43,644 bases of DNA from Octopus sinensis (GCF_006345805.1 NW_021835002.1:1-43644), one strand, 5' to 3'; positions 23,080-35,707 are shown, numbered from the stretch's first letter. Numbers and translations: made by a program. Notes: a model not told the origin generated them from the letters alone.

Positions 23080-23270
23080 ATGTGTGGGCCTCATGTGGTC
23101 GCTCACTCTGCTAGAAATAACAGCTAAAGTTTTCTGAAATTATATTCTGATACAAAGAAAAGAAGGCTACATTGGATGATGTCGTTCTAAATATAATTTG
23201 TCAGGAGATAAAGTAGTAAGCAGAGTGGTCACGGATGTTTAGTCTCTAACCAATAGGTTTCCTCAATCAG
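23080..23270 (-). repeat. Unclassified family E repeat
   Basis: GCCTCATGTGGTCGCTCACTCTGCTAGAAATAACAGC is the reverse complement of the 3' part of the other family E copies. Confidence 0.55.
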
Positions 23271-23290
23271 AAATGACCAACGACAGTAAT

Positions 23291-23504
23291 CTTTTCTACT
23301 TTAGGCACAAGTCCCGAAATTTTGGGGGAAGGGGACCAGTCGATTATATCGACCCCAGTGCGTAACTGGTACTTATTTAATCGACCCCGAAGGGATGAAA
23401 GGCAAAGTCGACCTCGGCGGAATTTGAACTCAGAACGTAACGGCAGACGAAATACCGCTAAGCATTTCGCCCCGTGTGCTAACGTTTCTGCCAGCTCGCC
23501 GCCT
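23291..23504 (-). mobile_element. SINE-A monomer with a 17-bp TSD
   Basis: TSD TGACCAACGACAGTAAT at 23274-23290 and 23505-23521. Confidence 0.95.
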
Positions 23505-23595
23505 TGACCAACGACAGTAATATCAATGATATCATTAATAACAATATGGACAAGAGTCTATATTCGAACATATGTCACGATATGCAGAATAATAT

Positions 23596-23793
23596 AGCTT
23601 TCAAATTTTAGCACAAAGCCCGCAATTCCGGGAGAGTGGGTAAGTCGATTACATCGACCCCAGTACTTAACTAGTTCTAATTTTATCGGCCACGAAAAGA
23701 TGAAAGGCAAATTCGACCCCGGTGGAATTTGAACTCAGAATGTAAAGACAGACGAAATGCTGCTAAGCAATTTTACCAGCCCGCCACCTTGAC
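23596..23793 (-). mobile_element. SINE-A monomer with a 14-bp TSD
   Basis: TSD ATGCAGAATAATAT at 23582-23595 and 23794-23807. Confidence 0.92.
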
Positions 23794-24611
23794 ATGCAGA
23801 ATAATATTACACGTTATTTCTTACAAAAAAAAAGCCGTGGAGAGAGAAGTATAGGGTGCATTCCAGAAGTTTTCAGACTTTGGGGGGCGGGGAGAAAACA
23901 GTTATAACTGTTCTAGATTATTGTAATTTTAGTATATTATTAGTATATCATTACTGAACATTTAATAAGCTGACCTGTCACCTTTTATTCCAGATTGAAG
24001 AACACGTCTGTAACAGCACTTTCAGCACACTCAACCAAACACACTTTGTTACGGCTGACTAATTTTCAGAATGCAGTCGGGTCGCGAAAAATGAGTCGGT
24101 CGCGAATTTGGAATCTCGCTATGCAATGAAGTTGCGTGATAAATTGGATACAAGCGATACATAAATTTATGAAATGCTCCAGATTACTCTATCTTGTATA
24201 TAGCAGCATAAGTCCAGCAGCAAGTCCACCGATTAGTTCCAGATGATCCCATTCCTCAACAGCAAGGGCATCATCTAATTCAGTGGATCCCCTTTGGCCA
24301 AATGGTTAACAAAGAGTATGCTCTAGAGGTTTTGAGGGAGTTCAGAAAAAAGATTTCGTCGATGCATCAGTCCATCCTGGTATCCAACTACTTGATAGAG
24401 GTGGGCATCAAAATTGTCCCGCACCGTCTCTACAGTCCAGAATCCAGTGACTTTTTATACCCAAATTGTAGAAGATGAAGGGGTCTGTGACAAGGGTCTT
24501 GAACACCTTCATTTTGAAGGATTTCCATGGAGCCTACCAGAAGTGGCTGGAGCGTTAGAACAAATGCATTGAATTTAGAGGATCCTGCTTCGGAAGAAAC
24601 TGAGTTTTGTA

Positions 24612-25870
24612 CGAGGGACGTTCAATAAGTAATGCCCCTGACCAACTTACAGTTGTTTGATCTAGCATGTGCACTTATTTATACCTCTATAGATTAAGTG
24701 GCGAATTACAGCTCTGAACTAATTGTGGTTTCTGATTTACAGGTGTTTGAACTGAGTCAAGTGTGAAATGGAGCCTGTTGAGTGTTGAGCAGTGATCTGG
24801 TTTTTGTATTTGAAAGGACGCACACCACGGGAGACTTTTGATGAAATGAAAGTAACTTATGGTGATGATGCCCCATCATATGACCTTGTAAAACGCTGGC
24901 ATTGTGAATTCAAACATAGTCGGAACTCTGTGGAAACAGCTCCCAGATCTGGTCGCCCCCTTCTGCCGTTGATGAGACGTCTGTCCGTCAAGTTGAGGCT
25001 GCCATTTTGGAAGGTCAACGCATAACTATTCGCCAAATAGCCCATAAGGTCAAGATTAGTACCGGGTCTGTGGAAACTATCATTCATGACCATTTGCATA
25101 TGCAAAAGGTGTCTGCCAGATGGATTTCCAGGTTGCTCACACCTTTCCAGAAGCAAGAACGCGTTGAGTGCTCGAGGATGAATTTGGAGATGTGCTAAGA
25201 AGATGAGTCAAAATTTTTCAAAAGACTGATCACACAGGATAAAATCTGGGTCCATCACTATGATCCATAGACCAAAGCCCAGTCAATGCAGTGAAAGCAC
25301 CGTGACTCACCTCCTCCAAAGAAGGCAAGGGTGCAGCCCTCCGCTGACAAGGTTAATCTCACAGTCTTCTGGGACCAGGACGGAGTAGTGATGACAGATT
25401 TCCTGGCAAAGGGTACCACAATTACAGGAGCCTATTATGCTTCACTTTTGAGGAAATTAAGAGAAGCTATCAAAATCAAGAGGCGGGGCAAGATCAGCAA
25501 AGGCATCCTCCTCCTGCAGGACAACGCTCCGGTCCACAACTCGCGTGTCGCCAGATCAGAAGCACAGGCGTGCAGCTATGAACTCCTCCCCTTGCACCCT
25601 CTGATTTTCACCTCTTCCCAGCCATGAAGTTGATTTTGAAAGGAAAGCGTTTCCCAGATGATGCAGCCTTGATTTCTGAAGTCACGTCGTGGTTGGAGGA
25701 CCAAGCTGGGGTCTTCTACAAAAACGGTCTCCAGAGCTGTATCAAACGATGAGAGAAATGCATAAATCTGGGTAGTTCCTATGTAGGAAAAGACTAATAA
25801 CTGTGCCAAGTGTCGTTGCTCTACTGCTATGGGAAGTGGGTCAGGGGCATTACTTATTGAACGCCCCTCG
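24612..25870 (+). mobile_element. Full-length mariner (irritans-like), 1259 bp, nested
   Basis: 32-bp TIRs CGAGGGRCGTTCAATAAGTAATGCCCCTGACC (1 mismatch); TA TSD at 24610-24611 and 25871-25872. Confidence 0.95.
24768..25797 (+). pseudogene. Mariner transposase pseudogene
   Basis: MEPVEC*AVIWFL..., APRSGRP, KVSARWISRLL (WVPRLL-like), QDKIWVHHYDP, LLQDNAPVH, C-terminal KCINLGSSYVGKD*. Multiple stops and frameshifts; the YSPDLAPSD region is deleted. Confidence 0.93.
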
Positions 25871-25944
25871 TACTTCTTTGAAATTAATAAATGTCTCTTC
25901 TAAAAAAAAAGTCTAAAACTTCTGGAATGCACTTTATATAGTCA

Positions 25945-26110
25945 ACTAGAATTCCTGCACCTTGTTGGTACTTAACTATATCGATCTCCAGAAAGTTTAA
26001 AAGTAAAATTTGGATCTGTATGGTTTGAACTCAGAATGTAAGTAATCGTAAGTAAACATCGTTGACATTTTTCTCCGACAATCTACCGATGCTGCCAGTC
26101 AATTGCCTAA
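25945..26110 (-). mobile_element. Very old SINE-A
   Basis: GGTACTTAA..ATCGA, TTTGAACTCAGAATGTAA and CTGCCAG landmarks occur in order. Confidence 0.6.
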
Positions 26111-26261
26111 GCTGTAACCTATATTTTACTACCATGTTGCATGTATTTTATTGACCCAGGGGGGTTAAATGCCAAAGTTCACCCTCAGGATCGTACAGGC
26201 ATAAACTGAAACCTGAACGTACTAAACTAAGAGTCATCTAAAATAGTATTTGATCGTTTTT

Positions 26262-26456
26262 TTTTACTTGTGTCAGTCATTTGACTACGGCCATGCTGGA
26301 GCACCGCCTTTTAGTCGAGCAAATCGACCCCAGGTCTTATTCTTTGTAAGCCTAGTACTTATTCTATCGGTCTCTAAGTAACGGGGACGTAAACATACCA
26401 GCATCGGTTGTCAAGCGATGTTGGGGGGACAAACACAGGCACACAAACACACACAC

Positions 26457-26491
<35 letters not shown>

Positions 26492-26653
26492 ACAGGCTTC
26501 TTTCAGTTTCCGTCTACCAAATCCACTCACAAGGCTTTGGTCGGCCCGAGGCTAGAATATAAGACACTTTCCCAAGGTGCCACGCAGTGGGACTGAACGC
26601 GGAACCGTGTGGTTGGTAAGCAGGCTATTTACCACACAGCCACTCCTGCGCCT
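26262..26653 (-). mobile_element. SINE-B, near full-length
   Basis: Aligns to 32538-33059 with a small internal deletion; internal (CA)(AT) tract. Confidence 0.92.
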
Positions 26654-26885
26654 GATATTTGTCATTACTTTGTTTGCTTATTTAGAAATTCCTGACTGCA
26701 GCTCTCTGTTTATCAATCTGTCTGTCTATCTATCTGATTGGTTGGTTGTTTGGTTGGTTGGTTAGGTGTGTGAGTGGTTCGAAATTCATTTTATCTACCA
26801 TAGAAGTACAAAAAGAAAAGTTTCCTTCAAATAGTATTCGAAACCAGGCTATAACGGCCGGTGTTTTGTTCGATGCTGTAAATAT

Positions 26886-27101
26886 CCTTTCCACTAAAGA
26901 TACAAGGCCTGAAAGTGAGGAGGAGGCGAGGCTAGACGATAACATCGACCTCAGTATTTCACTGGTACTTATTTCATCGACCCCGAAAGGATGAAAGGCA
27001 AAGTCGACCTCGGCAGAATTTGAACTCAGAACGTAAAAACGGATGAAATGCCACTAAGCATTTTGCCCGGCATGTTAACAATTCTGCCAGCTTGCCGCCT
27101 T
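26886..27101 (-). mobile_element. SINE-A monomer (3' member of a TSD-bounded dimer)
   Basis: Head GCCAGCTTGCCGCCTT abuts (TAA)n; the tail abuts the TSD at 26869-26885. Confidence 0.9.
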
Positions 27102-27120
27102 AATAATAATAATAATAATA

Positions 27121-27183
<63 letters not shown>

Positions 27184-29850
27184 TAACATCACAGAGAAAG
27201 ATTTGCCTGAAATAAAAGAAAAGCTGAAGCAAGATATCCTTGCCAAAGCACAAAGGATCCGCCGGTACAAGAAACGCCAACGCTTCTTTGAAGAAAACAA
27301 AAAGTTCAACTCCAACCCCAAAAAGTTCTACCAAGAACTGGGAAAAAATAAAATAGAAGTCACTGCAGCACCAACGGCAGAAGAATTGGAAGAATTCTGG
27401 GGAGAAATATGGTCGGCGAACGAACCACCAAAAAAAAGGAGTATCAGAATAACAAACTCGGCATCTGAACAACTTTGGACCCCCATAACAACTGAAGAGG
27501 TCACCCAGGCACTGCAAAGACTAAGCAACTGGAAGGCACCTGGGCATGACAAGATCCCCAACTTCTGGTTGAAATATCTAACAGGAATGCACAAAAAGCT
27601 GGCTGAAAACTTTAACAACGTACTAGCAGAGCCAGAGACAATGCCTGAATGGCTCACGAAGGGGAAAACCATCTTAATTCCCAAATCAAATGAAACAGAA
27701 AAACCAGAAAACTACAGACCAATAACCTGCCTCCCTACTATGTTCAAGGCATTTACTGCAGTGATATCACAAAGGCTGAACAAGCACCTGGACGAAAACA
27801 AACTGTTCCCAGAAGAGCAGAAATGATGCCGCAAAGGCTCATATGGCTGTAAAGATCAACTAATGATTAATAAAGCCATAACTGAAGACAGCCACAGAAA
27901 GAAGAAAGGCCTCAGTATGGCCTGGATTGACTACAAAAAGGCGTTTGATAGCATCCCCCACACATGGATCCTCGAAACACTAGCCATTAACAAAGTAGCA
28001 CCAACAATCATAAAATTCATAGAGCACTCTATGAATAAATGGCAAACAGGCCTACACCTCCAAACAAAAGAGGGACTCATGAAAACCAAAGACATCCCCA
28101 TTAGAAGAGGAATATTCCAGGGAGACACGCTCTCTCCACTCCTTTTCTGCTTGGCACTGTCACCTCTATCTGATATGCTAAATAGAACTGGATGCGGATA
28201 TAAATGTTACGGCAAAACGATCAGCCACCTTTTATATATGGATGACCTAAAACTATACGCTGCAAATGACAAACAGCTGGAAACACTATTAAAGACAGTT
28301 CATGGATTTACCAAAGAAATAGATATGAAATTTGGATTAGAAAAATGCGCCAAAGTAACCCTGAAAAGAGGAAAACTAGTTAAAACCAATGAAATAAAAG
28401 AATTAGACCAAAGCCAAACTTACAAATACTTAGGAATCCATGAACTAGATAAGACACAACACACACAAATGAAAGAGAAAATAAAAAAAGAATATTATAG
28501 ACGAGTTAGATCAATACTAAACACAGAGCTCAATGCAAAAAACAAGATAATAGGTATCAACACTTTAGCTGTCCCAGTTATAAGTTACAGCTACAATATC
28601 CTTAACTGGACACGAAATGGACTGACCAAAATAGATAGGAAAACAAGAAAAATAATGACAGGATCTAGGATGCATCACCCAAAATCTGACATAGAAAGAC
28701 TATATATACAACGTATAGAAGGTGGTAGAGGCCTTATACAGCTGGAAAACTACTATAAAATAACCACAATAGGACTGCAAAAATATCTACTTCAGAAGGA
28801 AGGAAAACTGATCCAGATAGCGGCAAAACACGAGCAAAACAAAAAACTGTTCTCAGTATTTAAGGAAGCTGACAAATACAAACAAGAAATCATACCACCT
28901 AATAAACATGAAGAAGAAGAAGAAGATGAAGAAACAACAAAAGCTATAAAACAAATGAAATCCAAACTAAAAATAGAACAGCAACGAATGGCAAGAAAAG
29001 CCCCTTCATGGTAAATACTGGACTAAACTAAACGCAAAAGAAATAGACAAAGAAAAATCCCAGCAATGGTTGAGAAGCTCAGGACTCAAAGCAGAAACAG
29101 AGGGATTTTTAATTGCAGCACAAGACCAAAGCCTCCCCACCAGAAATTACCAAAAACATGTAATGAAAAGAAATATTACAAGTAACTGCAGAGTATGTGG
29201 AGATGGACAAGAAACAATAAATCATATTATCTCTAGCTGCCCAGTCTTGGCTAAGAAGGAATATATTCACAGACATGACAGAGTTGGAACCTACATACAC
29301 TGGAAGCTATGCCAACATTATGGAATAACAACAGAAAAAAGATGGTATAGGCACACACCAGAAAAGGTCACAGAAAACGAGAAAGCAACCATACTCTGGG
29401 ATATGCCGATACACACAGATAGAGAAATTAAGGCCAACAGACCAGATATAGTTGTCAGAGATCATGAAGAAAAAAAATGCTTTCTAATTGATGTATCAAT
29501 ACCGGCTGATGACAACGTGTCTCTAAAAGAAATGGAGAAACTCTCAAAATACAAAGACCTGGAAATAGAGGTAACTAGAATGTGGAATCTGAAAACAGAA
29601 ACAATTCCTATCATAGTAGGTGCATTAGGCATGATAAAAAAATATTCAGACAAATACATAACAAAAACACCAGGACTTACAAACACATATAACATACAGA
29701 AAATTGCACTACTAGGCACTGCACACATCCTACGCAGAACACTTTCCATACAATAACCATCAGAGCATCACAACAAATCACAGCACATACCCATGGCACA
29801 CAGAACTGTGCTCGGTAGTGAAGTGAAAGCACGCTATAAAAATAAAACTA

Positions 29851-29853
<3 letters not shown>
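27184..29853 (+). mobile_element. R4/Dong-like non-LTR retrotransposon, 5'-truncated, in (TAA)n
   Basis: RT motifs (NWKAPGHD, NYRPITCL, WIDYKKAFDS, GIFQGDTLSPLLF, YMDDLKL), CCHC finger (CRVC..ETINHIISSC), RHD, and REL nuclease (RPDIV..LIDVSIP..EKLSKY); (TAA)n on both sides. R4/Dong targeting of TAA repeats is established for that clade. Confidence 0.93.
27203..29756 (+). pseudogene. RT-REL ORF with one nonsense codon and one frameshift
   Basis: ORFs 27203-27826 and 27863-29014 are in the same frame, split by TGA at 27824-27826 (EEQK*CRKG, where Gly is expected). A deletion near 28990 relative to the 39190-39225 copy shifts the frame into 29070-29756. Confidence 0.9.
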
Positions 29854-29894
<41 letters not shown>

Positions 29895-29919
29895 TGATGA
29901 TGATGATGATGATAACGAA

Positions 29920-30111
29920 CATTCCTACTATAGGCCAAAGGCCTGAAATTTTGGGGCAGGGAACTAGTCAATTACATCGGCCTGAAATTGTGGAGGAGGT
30001 GGGAGCTTGTCGATCACATCGACCCCAGTGTTTCACTAGTACTTAATTCATCGACCCCGAAAAGATGAAAGGCAAAGTCGACCTCGGTAGAATTTGAACT
30101 CAGAACGTAGC
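29920..30111 (-). mobile_element. 5'-truncated SINE-A (5' member of the TSD-bounded dimer)
   Basis: Core and short tail present, with a small tail duplication (GCCTGAAATT twice); it ends at the TSD 30112-30128. Confidence 0.88.
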
Positions 30112-30179
30112 TTCGATGCTGTAAATATGCCCCTATGATAAGAATATCTTGTTTTAGCACAAGCCACACATTTATGGTC

Positions 30180-30320
30180 AGTCAGTCGGTCGGTCGGTTA
30201 GCTGGTTGGTTGGCTGGCTGATTGGTTAGCTGGCTGGCTGGCTGGCTTGCTGGCTGGCTGGCTGGCTGGATGGATGGATGGAGGGAGGGAGGGATGACAG
30301 GGTGGCTAACTGGCTGGCTG
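30180..30320. repeat. (GGCT)/(GGAT)/(GGGA) tetranucleotide array
   Basis: Directly visible. Confidence 0.9.
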
Positions 30321-30467
30321 CTATGAGTCATGGTTTCAACGTTGTTCTGTTAATGTAATTAGAAACATCGATCATCGTTAGAAAGGGGTTCCACTCACTG
30401 ATTAACTTGGGCCACCTGCGTCAACTCATCTCTTGAACAGGTACGACAGTTAATGACTGCAAATCTG

Positions 30468-30473
30468 ATGATG

Positions 30474-30505
<32 letters not shown>

Positions 30506-31096
30506 GATGATGCTGATGATGATGACGACGACGACGACGACGATAATGATGCCGATCATGATGAGGAGGATGAGGAGGAGGATGAGGATGATGATGATGA
30601 TGACGACGACGATTATGATGATGACGACGACGACGACGATGATGATGATGATGATGACAACGACGATGATGATGATGGTGACAACGGTGAAGAGTGGGGA
30701 AGAGGAGTAGAACGGGATGAAAAGGGGATGTAGAAGAGGAGGAGGAGAGGAAAATGAGAGATAGAGGAAATGGAGGAGATGAATGAGGAGTAGAGGAGGA
30801 AGTGGTGGAGCACGAGGTGGAAGTCGGGGAAGACGAGGAGGAATGGAGGGTGGAAGAGGAAAGGAGGATGGAAGAGGAATGGAGGATGAAAGAGGAAGGG
30901 GGATGGAAGAGCAAGGGAGGATGGAAGAGGAAGAGGATGAGGGTTGCAGTGTTGATGTCTGTAGAAGTAATTGTTGCGGTTGCAGAGATGCTGAATATGA
31001 TGATGATGGTGTGGCATACTGATGCTGATGGTAACGGTGGCGTTGGTAACGAAAGCGGTGGAGGTAACAATAGTGGTAATGGTGATGATGATGATG

Positions 31097-31128
<32 letters not shown>

Positions 31129-31288
31129 GTGATGGTGGTGGTGGTGGTGGTGTGGTGGTGGTGGTGACAACGATGATGATGGTGACAACGATAATGATGA
31201 CGATGGTGGTGGTGGTGATGGTGGCGGTAGTAGCAATGGTGGCGGTAGTAGTAATGGTGGTGGTGGTGGTGGTGGTATTGGTGGTGGC

Positions 31289-31335
<47 letters not shown>

Positions 31336-31337
31336 CC

Positions 31338-31394
<57 letters not shown>

Positions 31395-31460
31395 ATAGCA
31401 GCAGTAGTTGTAGTTTTGATGGCGTGGTAATGATAATGATAACACTGGTGATGATGATGA
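30468..31460. repeat. Long purine-rich/trinucleotide low-complexity region (GAT, GAG, GGT, AGT)
   Basis: Directly visible; source of the 356-aa and 296-aa spurious ORFs. Confidence 0.92.
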
Positions 31461-31534
31461 AAGAGAAGATGATGGCGGATAGAAATGTTGATATCTTACA
31501 CACACCAGAAAGAAAAGCAACTTCCTTTATCTTA

Positions 31535-31720
31535 TTCCACTTGCGTCAGTCAATGGAGTGCGGTGGCCATGCTGGGGCACTGCCTCGAAGTATTTAGTCG
31601 AACAAATCGATACCAACACTGAATTGTTATAAGCCTGGCACTTATTCTACCGGTTCCTTTGTCGAAGGGGACGTGAGCAAACCAACACTTTTAATTTGGT
31701 GGGGAACAAATACCCTCGCG
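31535..31720 (-). mobile_element. Old SINE-B 3' half
   Basis: GGCCATGCTGGGGCAC, GTCGAACAAATCGA and GGGGACGT landmarks. Confidence 0.65.
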
Positions 31721-31828
31721 CATGCGCGCACACACATTTTAGCCACGTAGCCATGTCTACGCACGAGATTCATTAACTAGTTTGTACAAATCTTCTTGTT
31801 TCAATTTGTTTTTTCGTTTCTTAAAAAC

Positions 31829-32432
31829 TTATTCTTTCATTCTTTCATATGTTTCAGCCCTAAGGCTGTGGCCATGCTGGGGCACCACCAGTGTAATCAC
31901 CTCGTTAATGGCCAAGTCTTATGTGATTGGCTTTTGGTGAAGGAGGGAATTCGACACTGTTGCCCGATTTTGAGTTTCCTGCCTTGATATTGGTTCATCT
32001 GGAATCTTGTATCGTAGGAGGTCTAGTTGTTTCTTGAAAACATCTACCCCTACTCCATGAAGATTCCTCAAATGTTTTGGCAAGGTGTTAAATAGTTGTT
32101 GGCCCTTAAATTCCAAACTATTGTAATATACGGTCCTCACTCTAGATGGGACAGCTGGGACCTTTGGAACAGTGCAGTGACGTCCAGTTCGAGGTCTGGT
32201 ATAACTCTCGACTCCAAAGTTTGGTGCTAGACCCTCCAATATCTTCCACACATACATCATTGCATTCCTCTCCCGTCTTCGCTCCAGACAGTATAGTCAT
32301 AGCTCTTTCAGTCTTTCCCGGTAGCTCAGCTGTTCCACTGATGCAATCTTTCTTGTGTAACATAGCTGAACCGCCTCAAGTTCCGCTATTAATCTGAGAC
32401 TGTAGGGTGGCCACAGTTGAGAGCAAGCAGCC
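31829..32432 (-). mobile_element. CR1/L2-group LINE, 5'-truncated 3' end
   Basis: Minus frame CSQLWPPY..IAELEAVQ..YTRKI....LSYRERLKEL*LYCLERRRER..MYVWKILEG...FKKQLD....IPDEP, the post-RT domain typical of CR1-like ORF2. The 3' UTR ends ...GGGCTGAAACATATGAAAGAATGAAAGAATAAG. Confidence 0.88.
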
Positions 32433-32537
32433 CATGGGAATTAATTTTATGCGGAAAAGAACAAACAAAGGACAGTCCGAGAAATTATCGAAGGATGTCG
32501 AGAGAAAAGGTTTTACTTTCAAATTGTGGTCCTTCCT

Positions 32538-33059
<522 letters not shown>

Positions 33060-33830
33060 ACTCTTTCATCAAGAAACTTAATAAAAATAGGTATGCGTTT
33101 CAGAATATCAAATTTTGTCATGCGTTTACTATTGGACTGTGTGCCTTCCTCAAGAAACAAAGAGGAAAATGTGCTTTATATTTCAGATTTTTCAGGTGTT
33201 TTACATTTCTTTGGCAAGAAAGTAAGAGGAACTAGATTTTTACGCTTCAGGCTGTGGTACGTCTTCAAGAGTCAGAGACGAAAAAGAAACGAAAAAAAAA
33301 AAAGAAGAATCTAATGTTATCGATGATTCTCTTCAAGACGAAACATGTTGAAGAATGATCCCGAGGATGATGCAGAAGAGGAGAATGATAATAATATTGA
33401 TCTGGCAAGTGAATGAGAAATTGCTGCTATTTCCTGCGACTAATTTCACAGTAGCAAGACTAAGGATGGTCTTAGATTTTAAATGAGATGTATGGTTCGG
33501 TATGCTGCAATAATTTCAATTTAATACACAAAAAGATTGTGATATATTTACGTCCTTCCCCACACAATTGATGTGAAGGGTGGCCATTCGACGACTGGAA
33601 GAAAAAAAAGCAAACTTAAAAGCAATGGTTCGCGAAGCGCGTACATCATTCTCCATTCTCCCACTGCATACCCAAATCAGAATTCCTTATGAACCTACAA
33701 ATAACAACGGTGTTATTGTTGTTATTGTTAAGTCCAAGTTAACTCTGAAAAGCTCTGATCGTGATCCCGACACTCGAACCACCGAGCCATGCGCCTTCAC
33801 ATAGCCGGCCTATATTTTAGGTACATCGAA

Positions 33831-33832
<2 letters not shown>

Positions 33833-33890
<58 letters not shown>
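33833..33890. repeat. (CT)n, tail of the adjacent RTE fragment
   Basis: Directly visible. Confidence 0.9.
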
Positions 33891-33895
<5 letters not shown>

Positions 33896-34185
33896 TTTCT
33901 TGTGTCAACGGCATATTCATGCCGTTGACGAATCATGGCTTGTTCCTCCTCCATTTATTTCTGTCTCTCGCAACATCACCCAGGTCTTTCTCGCTCCGCA
34001 CATTCAATCCTTTCTTCATCCAGTCAAACATCTTCACTCTCTGCCTCCTTCTCGCTCTCCTTCCCACCAGTCCAGTCTCCACCATGTAACGCTTCATTCT
34101 GTCATCCACTCTGAGAAAATGACCTATAAATCTCTACTGTCTCTCTCTGATATTATCCATCTTCACCTTCATCTTCTGCAACACT
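33891..34185 (-). mobile_element. RTE-like LINE 3' fragment
   Basis: Minus frame IRERQ*RFIGHFLR...GRRARRRQRVKMFDW...ARDRNKWRR, the characteristic RTE C-terminus; followed by (GA)n. Confidence 0.78.
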
Positions 34186-34260
34186 CGAGGGCAGCAATAC
34201 CAAATGAGTCCTCTCTTAGGAGCTAAACAACCACAACAAATGAAAACTTTATCTTACGAC

Positions 34261-34395
34261 CAGGGCCATCTTAACATTATAGGTCTTTGGACAAACCAAT
34301 ACACTGAGTCTTCTAGTATTTATTTAGTAACAGCAAACTATCGTATATATTGCGATGATGACGACGACGACGACGATGATGATGATGACGACGAC

Positions 34396-34426
<31 letters not shown>

Positions 34427-34443
34427 GTGATGATGACGACGAC

Positions 34444-34487
<44 letters not shown>

Positions 34488-34570
34488 CGATGATGATGAT
34501 GATGATGATGACGACGACGATGCTGATGATGATGATGATGATGACGACGACGACGTCGATGACGACGACG

Positions 34571-34619
<49 letters not shown>

Positions 34620-34711
34620 CGATGATGATGATGATGATGATGACGACGACGATGATGATGATGATGATGATGATGATGACGACGACGACGACGACGTCGA
34701 TGACAACGACG

Positions 34712-34747
<36 letters not shown>

Positions 34748-34880
34748 GTGACAACGGTGAAGAGTGGGGAAGAGGAGTAGAACGGGATGAAGAGGAGATG
34801 TAGAAGAGGAGGAGGAGGAGAGGAATTGGGTCCCTAGACCCATGGAGGCCCCAGTGTGCCCATAATTTAAGGTGGTATTG
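34261..34880 (+). mobile_element. hAT-like MITE expanded by an internal (GAT/GAC)n insertion
   Basis: 8-bp TSD CTTACGAC (34253-34260) / CTTATGAC (34881-34888); ends CAGGGCCATCTTAA / TTAAGGTGGTATTG. Confidence 0.7.
34353..34745. repeat. (GAT/GAC)n array with higher-order repeats
   Basis: The variant string GACGTCGATGAC..GACGAGGAT(GAT)nGGTGA recurs at ~34555 and ~34694. Confidence 0.92.
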
Positions 34881-35068
34881 CTTATGACTCAACGATAAAG
34901 GAGGAGGATGCCAATTTTGGATTTGATATAAATTAAATACGCAAAATTGTGACGCTGCCATAAACCAATACAGTGGTGCTTGATAAAAATGTTAACAGAA
35001 AGTAGAAAGCCGGATTTTACTCTTCAAGACTCGCGAATGAACAGAAAAAATTCATGGCCTTATACAAA

Positions 35069-35260
35069 CCATGTTTTCTGACATACAAGTCGATATGGTA
35101 TATAACGTAAATATGTAGTTTAAACACTCGAGCATCGACCCTGCCACATTTCACACAGAGTTTTTGGTCGTCAAAAGTCGTCTTGGTGTTTAAGTCGATG
35201 CACCTTATTTGTTTGTAAATTTCGGTCTAAAAAATTCGGTTTGTATGCCAAAAAACACGG
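35069..35260. mobile_element. pogo/Tigger-like MITE
   Basis: Imperfect TIRs CCATGTTTTCTGACATACAAGTCGA / TTCGGTTTGTATGCCAAAAAACACGG, with TA at the right end. Confidence 0.6.
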
Positions 35261-35658
35261 TAATTTACAACTAGATTTTACAGTCAAAACGATACTACCG
35301 CAAGGTACACGTTTTATAAGATAAGGAAAGAAAACAACTCTCAAAAGGAAATTGTTAGCGACTCTCATTAAAGGAAAAGACATTTTCAAGAAATTAAAAA
35401 TTGACGTTTGGGAGAACGACACGTTTAGCCTTTCATTTTTTTTTTCCTTAGCTTATTTAATTTTAAATTTGCAGGCAATACAGATGGAGAGAAAAATAAC
35501 ATTGCTGTAGAAATTAATAATAGGATCTCAGTAGGTTATTTCACTTCAAACCCAAAAGTTATCAATTATAGATATCAACAGCCAACAGCTGGAACTAGAA
35601 AGCAATTATAGAAATAAAGTATCAAAAAGTAAGTATATGTGTGTATGTATGTTTGTAA

Positions 35659-35707
<49 letters not shown>

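Larger units (their letters stand above)
23852..25936 (+). mobile_element. Older, internally deleted mariner (outer element) hosting a nested mariner
   Basis: TIRs TAGGGTGCATTCCAGAAGTTTT.AGACT / AGTCTAAAACTTCTGGAATGCACTTTA with flanking TA. The remnant at ~24260-24603 reads QWIPFGQMVNKEYALEVLREFRKK, HQSILVSNYLIEVGIKIVPHRLYSPE and DFHGAYQKWLER*NKCI. Confidence 0.82.

Noticed and set aside
33300-33480. Acidic stretch resembling a piggyBac N-terminus
   Set aside because: Short, interrupted by stops, with no TTAA/TIR or catalytic region.
34204-34803. 199-aa poly-Asp ORF (acidic biomineralisation-like protein?)
   Set aside because: It lies inside a TSD-bounded MITE, is pure GAT/GAC expansion, and has no signal peptide or splice support.
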